Shown piece after piece: positions 46,901-58,183 of a stretch of DNA of 64,000 nt. Under the pieces are notes generated by a model. That model was not told the origin of the DNA, did no database searches, and worked only from the letters and a program-made list of their open reading frames with translations. Source of the stretch: Bacillota bacterium (lineage in GTDB: Bacteria > Bacillota > Clostridia > TANB77 > CAG-508); NCBI GenBank assembly GCA_963929915.1, contig CAWVJY010000002.1, positions 17,798 to 81,797 on the forward strand. Direction: 5' to 3'. A program made the translations under genes and the position numbers. Every line of letters starts with the position of its first letter. The stretch's first letter is position 1.

Positions 46901-47998
46901 TTATAAAGTTTTTTCTATAATATCTGCTATTTGAATACTTGCTGTTCCATCCCCATACGGGTTAGAAGCTTTACTCATTTTTTCATATTCTTTCTTATCA
47001 TCTAATAACAACTTTATATTTTCATAAATTGTGTTTTGATTTGTTCCTACTAATTTTAATGTTCCCGCCTTAATGCCCTCTGGTCTTTCTGTAGTATCAC
47101 GCATAACTAATACTGGTTTTCCTAATGATGGTGCCTCTTCTTGAATGCCCCCACTATCTGTTAAGATTAAATATGATTTTGCTAGAAAATTGTGAAAATC
47201 TAGTACCTCTAAAGGCTCAATTAGTTTTATTTGTTCATTACCTCCAAATATTCTATTAGCAGTTTCTCTTACAATTGGATTTTTATGAATTGGATAGATG
47301 ACTTTAACATCTTTATATTCATCTACTATTTTTCTAATTGCTGTAAACATTTCTTCTAGTGGTTGTCCTAAATTTTCCCTTCTATGGGCTGTTAAAAGTA
47401 ATAATCTATCATTGCCAACCCAGTCAAAAATTGGATGATAATAATCTTTCTTAACAGTTGTTTTTAGAGCATCTATTGCAGTATTTCCAGTTATATAAAT
47501 ACTTGATTCTTCTTTTCCTTCTTTTAATAAATTTTTTTTTGCTTGTTGTGTTGGTGCAAAGTTGTATTTTGCAATAATACCAGTAGCTTGTCTATTAAAT
47601 TCTTCTGGAAATGGAGAATAAAGGTTATATGTTCTTAGTCCAGCTTCTACATGCCCTACTGGGATTTGCATATAAAATGAACATAATGCTGATATGAACG
47701 TTGTAGTCGTATCGCCATGGACTAGTAATAAATCTGGTTTTTCTTTTTCTAATACTGGTTTTATTCTAGATATAATATTAACTGTAATATCAAACAAAGT
47801 TTGTCTATCCTGCATAATATCTAAATTATAGTCTGGTATCACCCCAAAACAGTCTAATACTTGAGTTAACATTTCTCTATGCTGGCCTGTAACACATACC
47901 ACTGTTTGTATACTTTTTCTTTTTTGTAATTCTTTTACTAGTGGGCACATTTTAATTGCTTCTGGTCTTGTTCCAAATACTAACATTACTTTTTTCAT
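46901..47998 (-). CDS. wecB: UDP-N-acetylglucosamine 2-epimerase (non-hydrolysing)
   Basis: MKKVMLVFGTRPEAIKMCPL...VHGDTTT...TDSGGIQEE motifs. Confidence 0.92.
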   Translation of the reverse strand: MKKVMLVFGTRPEAIKMCPLVKELQKRKSIQTVVCVTGQHREMLTQVLDCFGVIPDYNLDIMQDRQTLFDITVNIISRIKPVLEKEKPDLLLVHGDTTTTFISALCSFYMQIPVGHVEAGLRTYNLYSPFPEEFNRQATGIIAKYNFAPTQQAKKNLLKEGKEESSIYITGNTAIDALKTTVKKDYYHPIFDWVGNDRLLLLTAHRRENLGQPLEEMFTAIRKIVDEYKDVKVIYPIHKNPIVRETANRIFGGNEQIKLIEPLEVLDFHNFLAKSYLILTDSGGIQEEAPSLGKPVLVMRDTTERPEGIKAGTLKLVGTNQNTIYENIKLLLDDKKEYEKMSKASNPYGDGTASIQIADIIEKTL

Positions 47999-49059
47999 CT
48001 TATTTCCTCTTTTCTCCTTATATTTATTTTACCCAGTTGATCAATAACTTTACTTGAAATATTTTTCAATATAATACTACTAATTGTAATCATTGCAAAA
48101 GTAATTATATAATTTATTATAATATTATTTGTAATATATAGTAAAGACATTGGTCCTAATATATAGATGCAATGTGTAAGATATATATAAAATGTATAGG
48201 AATCTAACGTTGATAATATATTATTTGTATAATAAAATTTATTTTTTCGTATTCTTCCTATTAAATTATATAATATCATAAAAATGGCAATTCCTAAAAA
48301 TAAATTTCTGTAATATATTGCAAAACTAATTATTTTATAAAGAATAGTATTACTTATAAATATTGGCATAAGGATTTCTAATATAACCAATAAGATGGCT
48401 ATTATAGTAATAATAATACTACTGAATCTCTTGATTTTTTTGCTCTTTTGATAAAATAGTGATATGAAATAGCCAATTATATAAATTACCAAACTAGTTA
48501 TGTACCTCATATTAATTGTAGGTATTATAATTAAACAATGTACTATTAAAATAATTAGTAAAACTAGAAGCCAATATTTTTTATTTTCACTTATTTTCTG
48601 TCTTATGACTTGCAAAATTGGTGTTATTATATAGCAAAGTAATATTAAAGGAATAAACCATAAATGTCCTAATCCAGTTATGTCTTTTCCAAACAATTGA
48701 AGGCAAAAAAATGTAGTAAATATATTAGAAAGAGATAGTAATTCTCTTTTTAATATAATATATGCTATTAGAGCAATAGCAAAAAATATATAATATGGTA
48801 CTAAAATTTTTATAAATCTATTTTTTAACCATAAAATTTTATTTTCAATTGTTTTATTTCCATATAGAAAACCAGACATAAATAAAAATATTTGTACATT
48901 TACGTTAAGCCAGTTAGCTAGTGGATTTCCATATTCTTGTAAAATGTGGCATAATACAATTCCAATGGTTGCTAATATTCTTATTATACTAATTCTAATG
49001 TCTCTATTTACATTTTTTTGTTTTATATTTTCAGCATTTTGTTTAATAATGGATAGCAT
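47995..49059 (-). CDS. acyltransferase-3 family membrane O-acyltransferase
   Basis: 10-TM hydrophobic protein with an N-terminal R/H-containing segment (ISIIRILATIGIVLCH), typical of the family. Confidence 0.7.
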   Translation of the reverse strand: MLSIIKQNAENIKQKNVNRDIRISIIRILATIGIVLCHILQEYGNPLANWLNVNVQIFLFMSGFLYGNKTIENKILWLKNRFIKILVPYYIFFAIALIAYIILKRELLSLSNIFTTFFCLQLFGKDITGLGHLWFIPLILLCYIITPILQVIRQKISENKKYWLLVLLIILIVHCLIIIPTINMRYITSLVIYIIGYFISLFYQKSKKIKRFSSIIITIIAILLVILEILMPIFISNTILYKIISFAIYYRNLFLGIAIFMILYNLIGRIRKNKFYYTNNILSTLDSYTFYIYLTHCIYILGPMSLLYITNNIIINYIITFAMITISSIILKNISSKVIDQLGKINIRRKEEIR

Positions 49060-49078
49060 TTTTTCCCCTTTAATACTT

Positions 49079-50305
49079 TTATAACTTATATGTATCTTTA
49101 ATATTTACTGCGTTTTTTGTGTCAAAAATAATTTTTCCTTCTATTTTGTTCATATTTTCCTTTAAATGTGTATGAGCATTCATGACAAGAATAATTTCTA
49201 TATCCTTTAAAAATTCGTCAAAATCATGATATTGATTTGCTACAATCTCACGTTTAACATGTGGGTCAAATACTTTTACTTGTTTTGCTTTTTCTTCTCC
49301 CATGATTTCTAGCATTTGAAGAGTAGGGCTTTCTCTAATATCATCTACATCGTCTTTATAAGTTAGTCCATAGATTCCTACTTTTGAGTAATCTTGAATA
49401 TTGTGCTCCTTCATAATTGTTTCTAATCTATCTAATACAAATTTAGGTTGTCCATCATTTACTTCTCTCGCTGCTTTAATAACATTAACAATATCTGGAT
49501 AATCTCCAACTAAAAACCATGGATCAACAGAAATACAATGTCCTCCTACTCCAGGTCCTGGTTGAAGTATATTAACTCTTGGATGTTTATTAGCAATTCT
49601 AATAATTTCATATACATCCATTCCATCTTTTCTACATATTCTAGATAATTCATTAGCAAAAGCAATATTGATATCTCTAAATGTATTTTCTACCACTTTG
49701 GTCATTTCTGCCGTTTTAATATCCGTTACAACAATCTCTCCTTTACAAAAAGAAGCATATAATTCCTTTACTTGTTCTCCTATTTCTTTACTATCTGCTC
49801 CAATAGTTCTTGAATTATGTTCTAGCTCATACATCATATTACCTGGTATAATTCTTTCTGGAGCATGCACTAAATGAATATCTTTTCCTATTTCTAAACC
49901 TTTTTTTGCAATAATTGGTCTTATAAATTTATCAATGGTTCCAGGAGAAATTGTAGACTCTATAATTAAAATAGCCCCTTTATTACATACATCTAACACA
50001 GATTCTACTGCTGAAATAACATATTTTGGATCAATTTTTTTGTTTTCTTTTTCATATGGCGTTGGTACTGATACAATATAAATATCATCATGCATATATT
50101 CTGTTGTAAATTTAATTCCTGTTTTTAATGCATTTTGAAATGATTGATCTAGTCCTTCTTCTTCAAAAGTAGTTTTTCCTTTATTTAGAGTTTCTATTAA
50201 CTCCTTATTATAATCTGTTCCTACTACTTCTACGCCGTGAGTTGCAAACATTAATGCTGTTGGTAATCCAATATACCCTAATCCTATTACATTTACTTTT
50301 TTCAT
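49079..50305 (-). CDS. wecC: UDP-N-acetyl-D-mannosamine dehydrogenase (nucleotide-sugar dehydrogenase)
   Basis: VIGLGYIGLPTALMFATHG Rossmann motif, catalytic GGHCISVDP. Lies close to wecB. Confidence 0.88.
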   Translation of the reverse strand: MKKVNVIGLGYIGLPTALMFATHGVEVVGTDYNKELIETLNKGKTTFEEEGLDQSFQNALKTGIKFTTEYMHDDIYIVSVPTPYEKENKKIDPKYVISAVESVLDVCNKGAILIIESTISPGTIDKFIRPIIAKKGLEIGKDIHLVHAPERIIPGNMMYELEHNSRTIGADSKEIGEQVKELYASFCKGEIVVTDIKTAEMTKVVENTFRDINIAFANELSRICRKDGMDVYEIIRIANKHPRVNILQPGPGVGGHCISVDPWFLVGDYPDIVNVIKAAREVNDGQPKFVLDRLETIMKEHNIQDYSKVGIYGLTYKDDVDDIRESPTLQMLEIMGEEKAKQVKVFDPHVKREIVANQYHDFDEFLKDIEIILVMNAHTHLKENMNKIEGKIIFDTKNAVNIKDTYKL

Positions 50306-50306
50306 T

Positions 50307-51584
50307 TTAATTTACTTCCTTTCTTTTTTTATTATTTTTAGATTGTATATATATCATCATATATAATATTATATATATGATAGAATAACAAATTGTAATT
50401 AATGTTAAAAATTGTTCTATCGGTAATGACAAAGTATTACATAATATATAAATAACAATAGATGTTATAATAAACATACATTGTATTTTTAACTCTATAT
50501 CTTGTCTTTTCACAATAACAAGTGCTGGTGTTAATGCAGCAACAACCAACCTTATTCCAAACATCCATGCAAGTATTTGTACATATTCTCCCGATATTCT
50601 CCAACTTTCTCCAAAAAATATACTAAATGCCCATGGTGCCAATAATTCAAGCCCTGCTACCATAATAATAGAAACTATGGATAATCCCAAAGTTGTTTGC
50701 CATAATGTCTTAGTAAATCCTCCTACTTTTCTGTTCTCTGTTGTTGCCTTTTCAAAAAATATTTGTGCTATATTCCTGCTAATTAATGTAAGTGGTAAAC
50801 CTAGCATTCTATATGACATTGAATAATAACCAAAAGTTGTCGCTCCATATAGTCCTGTTATAAAAAAGTTCAATATAGAATAGGATGCAAGATTTACCAA
50901 GTTAGATGGAGCTGTATATAGCATTAATTTCTTATTGCTTTTAGCAACTTCGATAATCTCTTCTTTCCTAATACATCTCAATTCTTTTAAATGAGGAATT
51001 AATCTTTCTGATTGTTTTCTTATTCCTACTAACATACCCAATAATTGTGCTATTATTAGTCCCATTACAGAACACTTTAATAAACCTAAGACTATTAGTA
51101 ATACGTTTTGCACAAGTATTCTAATAACATACACTCTTGAAATAATATCATAATCTTTATTTCTATTATTATAATATATTAGAACATTAGATAATCCATT
51201 TAATAACAATATTATAAATATTATGATTAAATATATAATATATATTGGTGAAAATATATTAGTACATATTAAATATATCGTGTATCCTATAATAGATATA
51301 GTTGATAATATTAAATTGATTATAGTACATAATACAATTAATGCATAAACTTTCCTTTCTTCATTTTCAGTTACAATGGCCATTTCATATTTTGCACAAA
51401 CAACAGGTCCAATCATGTTCACAATAGTTAATAATAAGGTATAAATTCCTAATTCCTCTGCATTATATATTCTCGTTGTTATTGGTGATACCAATATAGT
51501 TATTAATTGTCCTATGAAAGAACCCATTGTTAATTTAGCTACTGATGTTGAAAAAAGTTTTTTAATATTTAATTTTTCTTTCAT
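50307..51584 (-). CDS. wzx: Wzx-type polysaccharide flippase (MOP superfamily)
   Basis: 425 aa, about 12 TM segments. Position in a glycan locus. Confidence 0.75.
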   Translation of the reverse strand: MKEKLNIKKLFSTSVAKLTMGSFIGQLITILVSPITTRIYNAEELGIYTLLLTIVNMIGPVVCAKYEMAIVTENEERKVYALIVLCTIINLILSTISIIGYTIYLICTNIFSPIYIIYLIIIFIILLLNGLSNVLIYYNNRNKDYDIISRVYVIRILVQNVLLIVLGLLKCSVMGLIIAQLLGMLVGIRKQSERLIPHLKELRCIRKEEIIEVAKSNKKLMLYTAPSNLVNLASYSILNFFITGLYGATTFGYYSMSYRMLGLPLTLISRNIAQIFFEKATTENRKVGGFTKTLWQTTLGLSIVSIIMVAGLELLAPWAFSIFFGESWRISGEYVQILAWMFGIRLVVAALTPALVIVKRQDIELKIQCMFIITSIVIYILCNTLSLPIEQFLTLITICYSIIYIILYMMIYIQSKNNKKRKEVN

Positions 51585-54082
51585 TTTAATTCTCTTTCTA
51601 CTTGTTTTGCTCTTTCAGTCCATGTATTTTGAGGAAGTACTTTAATAGCATTTTGATGTTTTTCTATCAGTAATTCATTATTCTTATGTATTTTTTCTAA
51701 TAGTTCTGATAATGCATTCTCCTCGCAAGGTATTGCCCATCCAATATCTGTATCTGTGATAAATTGACCAACTTCTGTTCCTTTGGTGGCAATAATTGGA
51801 GTTACGTTTTCTAAGTATTCAAACAGTTTAATTGGTAGTACAAACTTTCTATATTCATCATTCGGAAAATACAAACTAGCAATATCTGCTTGTTGATAAT
51901 ATTCTTCCAATTCTTTTCCAGACTTATGAATAATAGTGACTCTACTATTTAAGTACTTTTCATATCTTACTTTTTCAATATCCCAGTCCCTTTGTCTACA
52001 ACAAATAGTTAAATCAACATATTGTTTTTCTTCCACTACTTTTAGTAATGGTTCTAAGTCATATAAATTTCCTATTCCACCTACATAAAAAATATTTATG
52101 CGGCTTTTATCTCTTTTTTCAAAATGCTCTCTTCTTTTTTCCATTTGCTCTTGATTCCAATTTTCTCCAGGTGGTAATGTTTTTATTGTTGTTTCACCTA
52201 TCGTCTTTGGTAAATATTTTGCCATTTTCATACTTTGTAAATATAAAATATCTACTATTTTTCTATATTGTTTGATATCATAATTGTACATCCAAAGTGC
52301 AAAACTCTTTTTTAGCTTGCTCATTTTTTCGCCATAAAACGGAAATTGCCAATAAATGTCTCTGTAATATAAACCTATTTTTATATTGTACTTTTTGCAA
52401 AATTTCATAAATCCAAAATCTAAAAAAGGATGGGTTGGTAAATGATGACTTTCTGTTAATAAAGTTGGCATTGTACTATCTTCAGAATACATAAAATCAT
52501 ATTTTACACCATTTAATATATTTTCTTCAATTGCTTTTATTTGTTTTTTTCTTGTTTTAGCATCTCCCATAACCACATCTACTTTATAACCTATATCTTT
52601 AAAAGCCTGTAACATACAAATTGGCCTACGTGTTGAGCCTGAATTAGCTACTGGATTAATATAATTTGGTACGTGAAAAATACATCTTTTATTTTGCTCC
52701 ATTTTGTTTTCTTGATTTCCTCCTTTTTTGGTAGTTAATTTTATTATCAACTTAATTCCCACTAAAACTGCTAATAAAGCTATAAATTTTATATTGTAAA
52801 TAAAATCTACAAATCCTCCCTGTAATACATCTTTAAATACTATAAATGCTTCTATATAAATAAGCATATTAATAGGATCTTTTTTACTTTTTATAAACCA
52901 TGCTAGTATTCCAGAAAAGATAATTCCTACAAGTATAGGTGATAAAATTACTCCAACCATTCCAAAATTTGCATAGGCTTCTCCTACAAATAGAGTATTC
53001 ATTACCCCAGCTGTTCCATTTGCTACAGAAGCACTTGAGTACTCTTCCATTACTAGTCTACCACTTCTGATTGAATAATCACCTTCACCTAAAAATCCTA
53101 CTAACAATTTAGGAAAACTATGTCCTTCTATGTAAGGTATAAATTCCGGAAATCCATCTATATGTAAAAACAATGCTGATACCTGTGTAATAATAATTCT
53201 GCCTAATGGTCCTGAAGAAATAGATAATAAAGATTGATTATATCCCATAATAAGTTCATAAAGTACAACCACAATAATTGCAAATATACATAAAATTGGT
53301 ATAATTGTTTTCAATTTGAAGTTAGTGCCTAAGGTAATTTCTATTATTAAAAAGAATAATAGATAATATAATATCGAAGCTTTTGAAAAATCATGTGTTA
53401 ATGCTAATATACTTAAAATTAGTAAAATTACAAATAATACTTTCCATTTTGTTTGTTTAGTTACTCTCATATAAATGTATGCTAAATATGAAATCATTGG
53501 AGTTAACGCCAACATAACAATATTTTTTATATATACATTTCCCTCAAAGGCTCTAGATATGTTAATTCTTTCTGTTGCAAAATCAAAATTTTCATCTAAT
53601 AATTTTATAATTGGTATATATCCTATACAAGAAAATACATAAATAATCGATATTGCACATATAATAATAAGAACTAGTACTATGTAAAACATTTTTTTTC
53701 TATTTTCTTTACTTCCTATTTGTACATTTTCTTCTAGTTTACTAAAATATGTTATTTGCAAATCTTTTTTATTATTTTTCTTAGTTTTATCTATCTTAAA
53801 GATATATTTATTACATAAGATTATAATAATTGGTATTATCAAAGATGTATAGGCTAATATGTAATATGTTTTGTCAATAGTAGTATCTAACCTTATTTTT
53901 CGTATTAAGTAGTGATCATTGAATCCTAAGTATATCAAAGAACCGCCTATCAGTTCAAAAAACAATATACTAAGAAAAACAAAAGTAACTACATTCATTT
54001 TAGTTATTTTTAAGGTACCTGCTGCTTTTTTAAATAAGAAACAATATAGTATTAATACCAATAGTACCAGAATATATTTCAT
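51581..54082 (-). CDS. fusion protein: Wzy-like polytopic membrane domain plus C-terminal GT-B glycosyltransferase domain
   Basis: Residues 1-470 are polytopic membrane. Residues about 480-833 are soluble with a GT-B-like pattern (RCIFHVPNYINPVANSGSTRRP..., later FVLPIKLFEYL). Confidence 0.65.
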   Translation of the reverse strand: MKYILVLLVLILYCFLFKKAAGTLKITKMNVVTFVFLSILFFELIGGSLIYLGFNDHYLIRKIRLDTTIDKTYYILAYTSLIIPIIIILCNKYIFKIDKTKKNNKKDLQITYFSKLEENVQIGSKENRKKMFYIVLVLIIICAISIIYVFSCIGYIPIIKLLDENFDFATERINISRAFEGNVYIKNIVMLALTPMISYLAYIYMRVTKQTKWKVLFVILLILSILALTHDFSKASILYYLLFFLIIEITLGTNFKLKTIIPILCIFAIIVVVLYELIMGYNQSLLSISSGPLGRIIITQVSALFLHIDGFPEFIPYIEGHSFPKLLVGFLGEGDYSIRSGRLVMEEYSSASVANGTAGVMNTLFVGEAYANFGMVGVILSPILVGIIFSGILAWFIKSKKDPINMLIYIEAFIVFKDVLQGGFVDFIYNIKFIALLAVLVGIKLIIKLTTKKGGNQENKMEQNKRCIFHVPNYINPVANSGSTRRPICMLQAFKDIGYKVDVVMGDAKTRKKQIKAIEENILNGVKYDFMYSEDSTMPTLLTESHHLPTHPFLDFGFMKFCKKYNIKIGLYYRDIYWQFPFYGEKMSKLKKSFALWMYNYDIKQYRKIVDILYLQSMKMAKYLPKTIGETTIKTLPPGENWNQEQMEKRREHFEKRDKSRINIFYVGGIGNLYDLEPLLKVVEEKQYVDLTICCRQRDWDIEKVRYEKYLNSRVTIIHKSGKELEEYYQQADIASLYFPNDEYRKFVLPIKLFEYLENVTPIIATKGTEVGQFITDTDIGWAIPCEENALSELLEKIHKNNELLIEKHQNAIKVLPQNTWTERAKQVERELK

Positions 54083-54095
54083 ATACCCCCCTATA

Positions 54096-55184
54096 TTATT
54101 GCAAAATTTTTCTGATAATATTTATTTCATCATTGCAATTTTTTTCTAAAAAATATTTTTCAATTTTCTTATTATCCATTTTATTCAATATTTTTTTGTA
54201 CTTATTTATAATATCTTCTTTTGATATATTATTGTTGTCTATAAATTCAACATTAGAAAAAGTATCAAATATTTCATGACAGACTGGTATATCTGATGTA
54301 ATAATGGGAATTCCAAATGTTGCTATTTCACATGCCATTAATCCTTGTGCATCTGTTCTGGTTGGCATCAGAGCACATTTTGATTTATTTAACATTTGAA
54401 TAATTTTTTCATGACTACAATGTTCTTGTATTCTCTCTATATTTGGTGCCTTTTCATATATTTCAAAATATTTTCCCTTTCCTACTACTAAAAATTTATA
54501 CTTTGGATTTTGAAATGCTAATTGATTAACTATATCTATGCAATACTTTGAACCATCTAAGTTTCCCCTTATTGTAATAAAGTCATATTCTTTTTTACTG
54601 TTTTTATCATAATTTTCTGTTTCAAATTCTTCTCCTATACTATTATAGGTAATATAGCTATGGCTCTCTATTAATTCTTTTGATATCTTTGTGTTTTTTA
54701 GGAACATTTCCTTCATCCAATTACTTACAAAAATATAATAACATTTCTCGTTGTTTTTTATAAAATAATTATGCCAAACTCTTAGTTTAATTGAATCATA
54801 AATATTTTGCAAAAAACAAAACTTCTTTTTCATATAATTATATGGTTCTGAATAGTCTCTATTTAATTTTAAAACTTCATGCCCATGGAAAAAGAATAGT
54901 TGTTTTTTAAAGTTTTTTTTATATTTTTTAATAAATCGATAATGATTTCGTAAATTTGGAGCATGAGATACTAAAAGATCATATGTCTTATCTTTTTTAT
55001 TTTGATAAGTGTTAAGTGTAATTACTTTAACTCCATCTATTATATAATCTTCTTTTGCTCTGAAGTTTAATACTTCTATATTTAATCCTTTTTTTACATA
55101 ATATATACATCTTGTATGAATATAGAATAAAGAAATTTTTCCATCTAAGTTTGGATAATCGGTTGCTAAAATTAATAGCTTCAT
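54096..55184 (-). CDS. GT4-family glycosyltransferase
   Basis: MKLLILATDYPN N-terminus. C-terminal ALMPTRTDAQGLMACEIATFGIPIITSD. Confidence 0.8.
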   Translation of the reverse strand: MKLLILATDYPNLDGKISLFYIHTRCIYYVKKGLNIEVLNFRAKEDYIIDGVKVITLNTYQNKKDKTYDLLVSHAPNLRNHYRFIKKYKKNFKKQLFFFHGHEVLKLNRDYSEPYNYMKKKFCFLQNIYDSIKLRVWHNYFIKNNEKCYYIFVSNWMKEMFLKNTKISKELIESHSYITYNSIGEEFETENYDKNSKKEYDFITIRGNLDGSKYCIDIVNQLAFQNPKYKFLVVGKGKYFEIYEKAPNIERIQEHCSHEKIIQMLNKSKCALMPTRTDAQGLMACEIATFGIPIITSDIPVCHEIFDTFSNVEFIDNNNISKEDIINKYKKILNKMDNKKIEKYFLEKNCNDEINIIRKILQ

Positions 55185-56396
55185 TTATTTTTTCTCCTAT
55201 CTTTTTTATGTAATTTAATATCTTCTATTACTTCTTTTTCAAATTTTTCCGCAACTTTTCTACGTGAATAGTGTTTATTAATATAATCAATACTTTTTTG
55301 CTTTTTTGTTTCATATTGTTGATAGTTTTCTAGCATGTATTGAAATTTTTGTTTTAGTACTGTTACATTTTGAGCAGATTCTCCTAGTTGTGCTTCTTTT
55401 AGAATATCACAAACATCGCCGATTTGCAAGTAAAAGGACTGGGCACCCTACTCCTAGTGCATCAAATATCTTTGTTGGTACACTATCAGTCATTTGATTA
55501 TTTTTTAGTGAAATAAAACTTACTTTTGCATAAGTTAATATTGTTCTTACTTTTGAATATTCTATACGCTCTTCCAACTTAAAATTTTTCAAGTTTTTTT
55601 CTTTGATTTTTTCTTGTAAAGTACTTTTGTATGCACCATCTCCCCATATTATAAATTGTATTTGTTCATTTTCCTTATAGTCCTCTGCAATTTCAAGAAG
55701 GACATCTAAGTTTTGTGCAAGACCTACATTTCCTGTATAAATAACTGTAAATTTATGTTCTAATTGATACTTTTCTACTAAATTCCTATCTATTTTAAAT
55801 GATATAAATTCATCATCCAATCCATTAGAAATAAATTTTACTTTGTTAGGTTCTGCACATTTTTTTAATTTCTTTACTTTTCCAGGAGTTACAGTAGTAA
55901 TATAATCACTATGTTTATACATAAAATTTGCAATAAAATTAAATACTTTATAATAAATGCTATTCTTAGAAAAGCTCCCCATTTCTATAGCAACATCTGG
56001 CCATATATCTCTAACATCAAAAATAATCTTTGCCTTTTTTATTTTACCTATAATATAGCCAGATATACTTGGAATAATAGGTGGTGAAGTAATTACTATA
56101 GCATCTATTTTTCCCACCTTTGTAATAGCTTTAAATATTGATGTAACTGCAAAAGTAAAATCTGTGAATAATCTAGCAAATATATTTTTTTTAGTATTTT
56201 TAGTACTATATGAATAAATTATTTTATAGTTTCTACCACTATTCTGAACATCATTTAGCTTGTTATGAGAACTCGTTAAGATTGTTACAACATTTTCTTG
56301 TTCAGAAAGATACTTAGCCAAAGAGTCCACTCTTTTTGTACATGGTCTTCCTTCTTTTAAATTAAACTCATGTGTATAAAATAGCAAATTCATTTT
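55181..56396 (-). CDS. GT4-family glycosyltransferase, frameshift near 55407-55429
   Basis: MNLLFYTHEF... N-terminal Rossmann half. The ...PTKIFDALGVGCPVLL core continues in another frame as ORF 55181-55429. Confidence 0.75.
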
Positions 56397-56485
56397 TTTA
56401 TTTCCTCTAAAATATTTCATATTTTATATTCTATTTCATTATATAAAAAATTATTTTATATTTCAAGCTTTTTTATAATCTATTG

Positions 56486-57188
56486 TCATTTTTTAGTCTT
56501 TTTTAACATTTTTTGTTTTTCTAAAATGATTTCCTCTACATTTTCTTTAACTTGTCCAATTGTTAAATGAGTGGTGTCTACTACTATTGCATCTTCAGCT
56601 ATTTTTAAGGCTCCTACTGGTTTATGCATATCATTATAATCTCTTTTTTTCATGTCTTCTAAAGTTTCTTCATAGGTTGCTACAATGCCTTTTTCTTGGT
56701 TTTCTAAAAATCTTCTTTTGGCTCTTTCTTCTACATCTGCATCTAAATAGATTTTAACATCTGCATTTGGAAATACTACTGTGGTAATATCTCTTCCTTC
56801 CATAATAACATCCTGATTTTCTGCCATTTTTCTTTGCAAGTCTACCATAATTTCACGCACTTTTCCGGATAGAAGATACAGGAGATACAAAATTACTTAC
56901 TTCTTTGGTTCTTATTTGCCTACTTACATCTTCTCCATTTAAATATACTGTAATTTCTCCATTTATATTTTGCATTTGAATATTAATATTTTTGGCAATT
57001 TCTATAATTTTTTCTTTTTCTTCTGTAGATTCAATAGAATTAATTCCTTTTCTTAAACATTCTAATGCTACACATCGATACATTGCTCCTGTGTCTATGT
57101 TAAGTAGATTTAATTCCTGTGCTATTAATTTTGTAATGGTTCCTTTTCCGGTTCCTGCTGGTCCATCTATTGCTACAATAAACGACAT
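56486..57188 (-). CDS. cmk: cytidylate kinase, frameshift near 56853-56890
   Basis: MSFIVAIDGPAGTGKGTITKLIA P-loop, DTGAMYR. The second half VREIMVDLQRKMAENQDVIMEGRDI is in the overlapping ORF. Confidence 0.88.
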
Positions 57189-57198
57189 TTTTCTCCTC

Positions 57199-58167
57199 CT
57201 ATTCATTTTTTCCTTTACTTTGGTTTTCTTGTTTTTCTGACTTTTCTTCTAAAGTTTGCACATTTTCTTGTTCTTGCTGTATATTTTTTTCTTCTATTTT
57301 TTGCAATTCTTCTGGCTCTAGCATATGTATTCCTTTTGCTACAATGGTTACTTGTTGCACATTCATGGTTGTTAATTTTTCTATTTCTTTTTTTATTTTT
57401 TGTTTGAACTCCCTTAAAGTTTCCAAAATGTTAAACCCATAATTAATAGAAACCTCCATATAAATGTTAGGTCCTTCTGGTGTACTCTCTACTCTAGTTC
57501 TCATAACTTTGTAAATGGCATCTGTTTTCTTTGCTAAATATTCTGCAATTTGGCGAAATACTGTATCGGAAATAGTAAAATTTCCTAAATAACTAAAGGT
57601 TGGTCTTATAATAGATTTTTCTGCTATATATGGGTCGTTTCCTTTTCCTTTTAGTTTAAAAATTTGTAATGGGTCTAAAATATAGCCTGAAAAGTCTTTT
57701 TTGATTTCAAAGGTTGGTACAGGAATAACATGTTTTCCTTGTGTAGTACGAATTCTTTTGGCTGTTTCCATTTCTGTTTCTGTTGCGACATCTTGAATAT
57801 AAATTCTTTTTTCTGGTTTGGAAAGTCCCAAATTTTCTGCAATTTTATCTACCATTCCATCTGAAGTACCCAGAATTAAAATAGATTCTGGTTTTAGTCT
57901 TCTAATTGCCTTTTTCATTTCGTTTCTATCTTTTTCATTTACAAAGATTGCTTTTTTTACGGTTTCTACTTTGGTAGGTGCTTTTTTAGCAGAAGTTCCT
58001 GCTACTACATTATTATCATGAATTAACAATCCATCATCAATAATATAGTGGATTTTGTTTTCATTTGCTACCATTTGGGCACGGTAACTTTTCCCTGTTC
58101 CAGATGGTCCTACAAAGGCATATACTTTTATTTCTTCATTAGAAATTAAATTATTAAAAAGTTGCAA
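57199..58167 (-). CDS. P-loop NTPase fused to an Asp23/Gls24-like C-terminal domain
   Basis: Walker A GPSGTGKS. The C-terminal ISDTVFRQIAEYLAKKTDAIYKV...VESTPEGPNIYMEVSINYGFNI resembles Asp23-family proteins. Confidence 0.55.
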   Translation of the reverse strand: MQLFNNLISNEEIKVYAFVGPSGTGKSYRAQMVANENKIHYIIDDGLLIHDNNVVAGTSAKKAPTKVETVKKAIFVNEKDRNEMKKAIRRLKPESILILGTSDGMVDKIAENLGLSKPEKRIYIQDVATETEMETAKRIRTTQGKHVIPVPTFEIKKDFSGYILDPLQIFKLKGKGNDPYIAEKSIIRPTFSYLGNFTISDTVFRQIAEYLAKKTDAIYKVMRTRVESTPEGPNIYMEVSINYGFNILETLREFKQKIKKEIEKLTTMNVQQVTIVAKGIHMLEPEELQKIEEKNIQQEQENVQTLEEKSEKQENQSKGKNE

Positions 58168-58183
58168 TTTGGCTCCTTCCTTT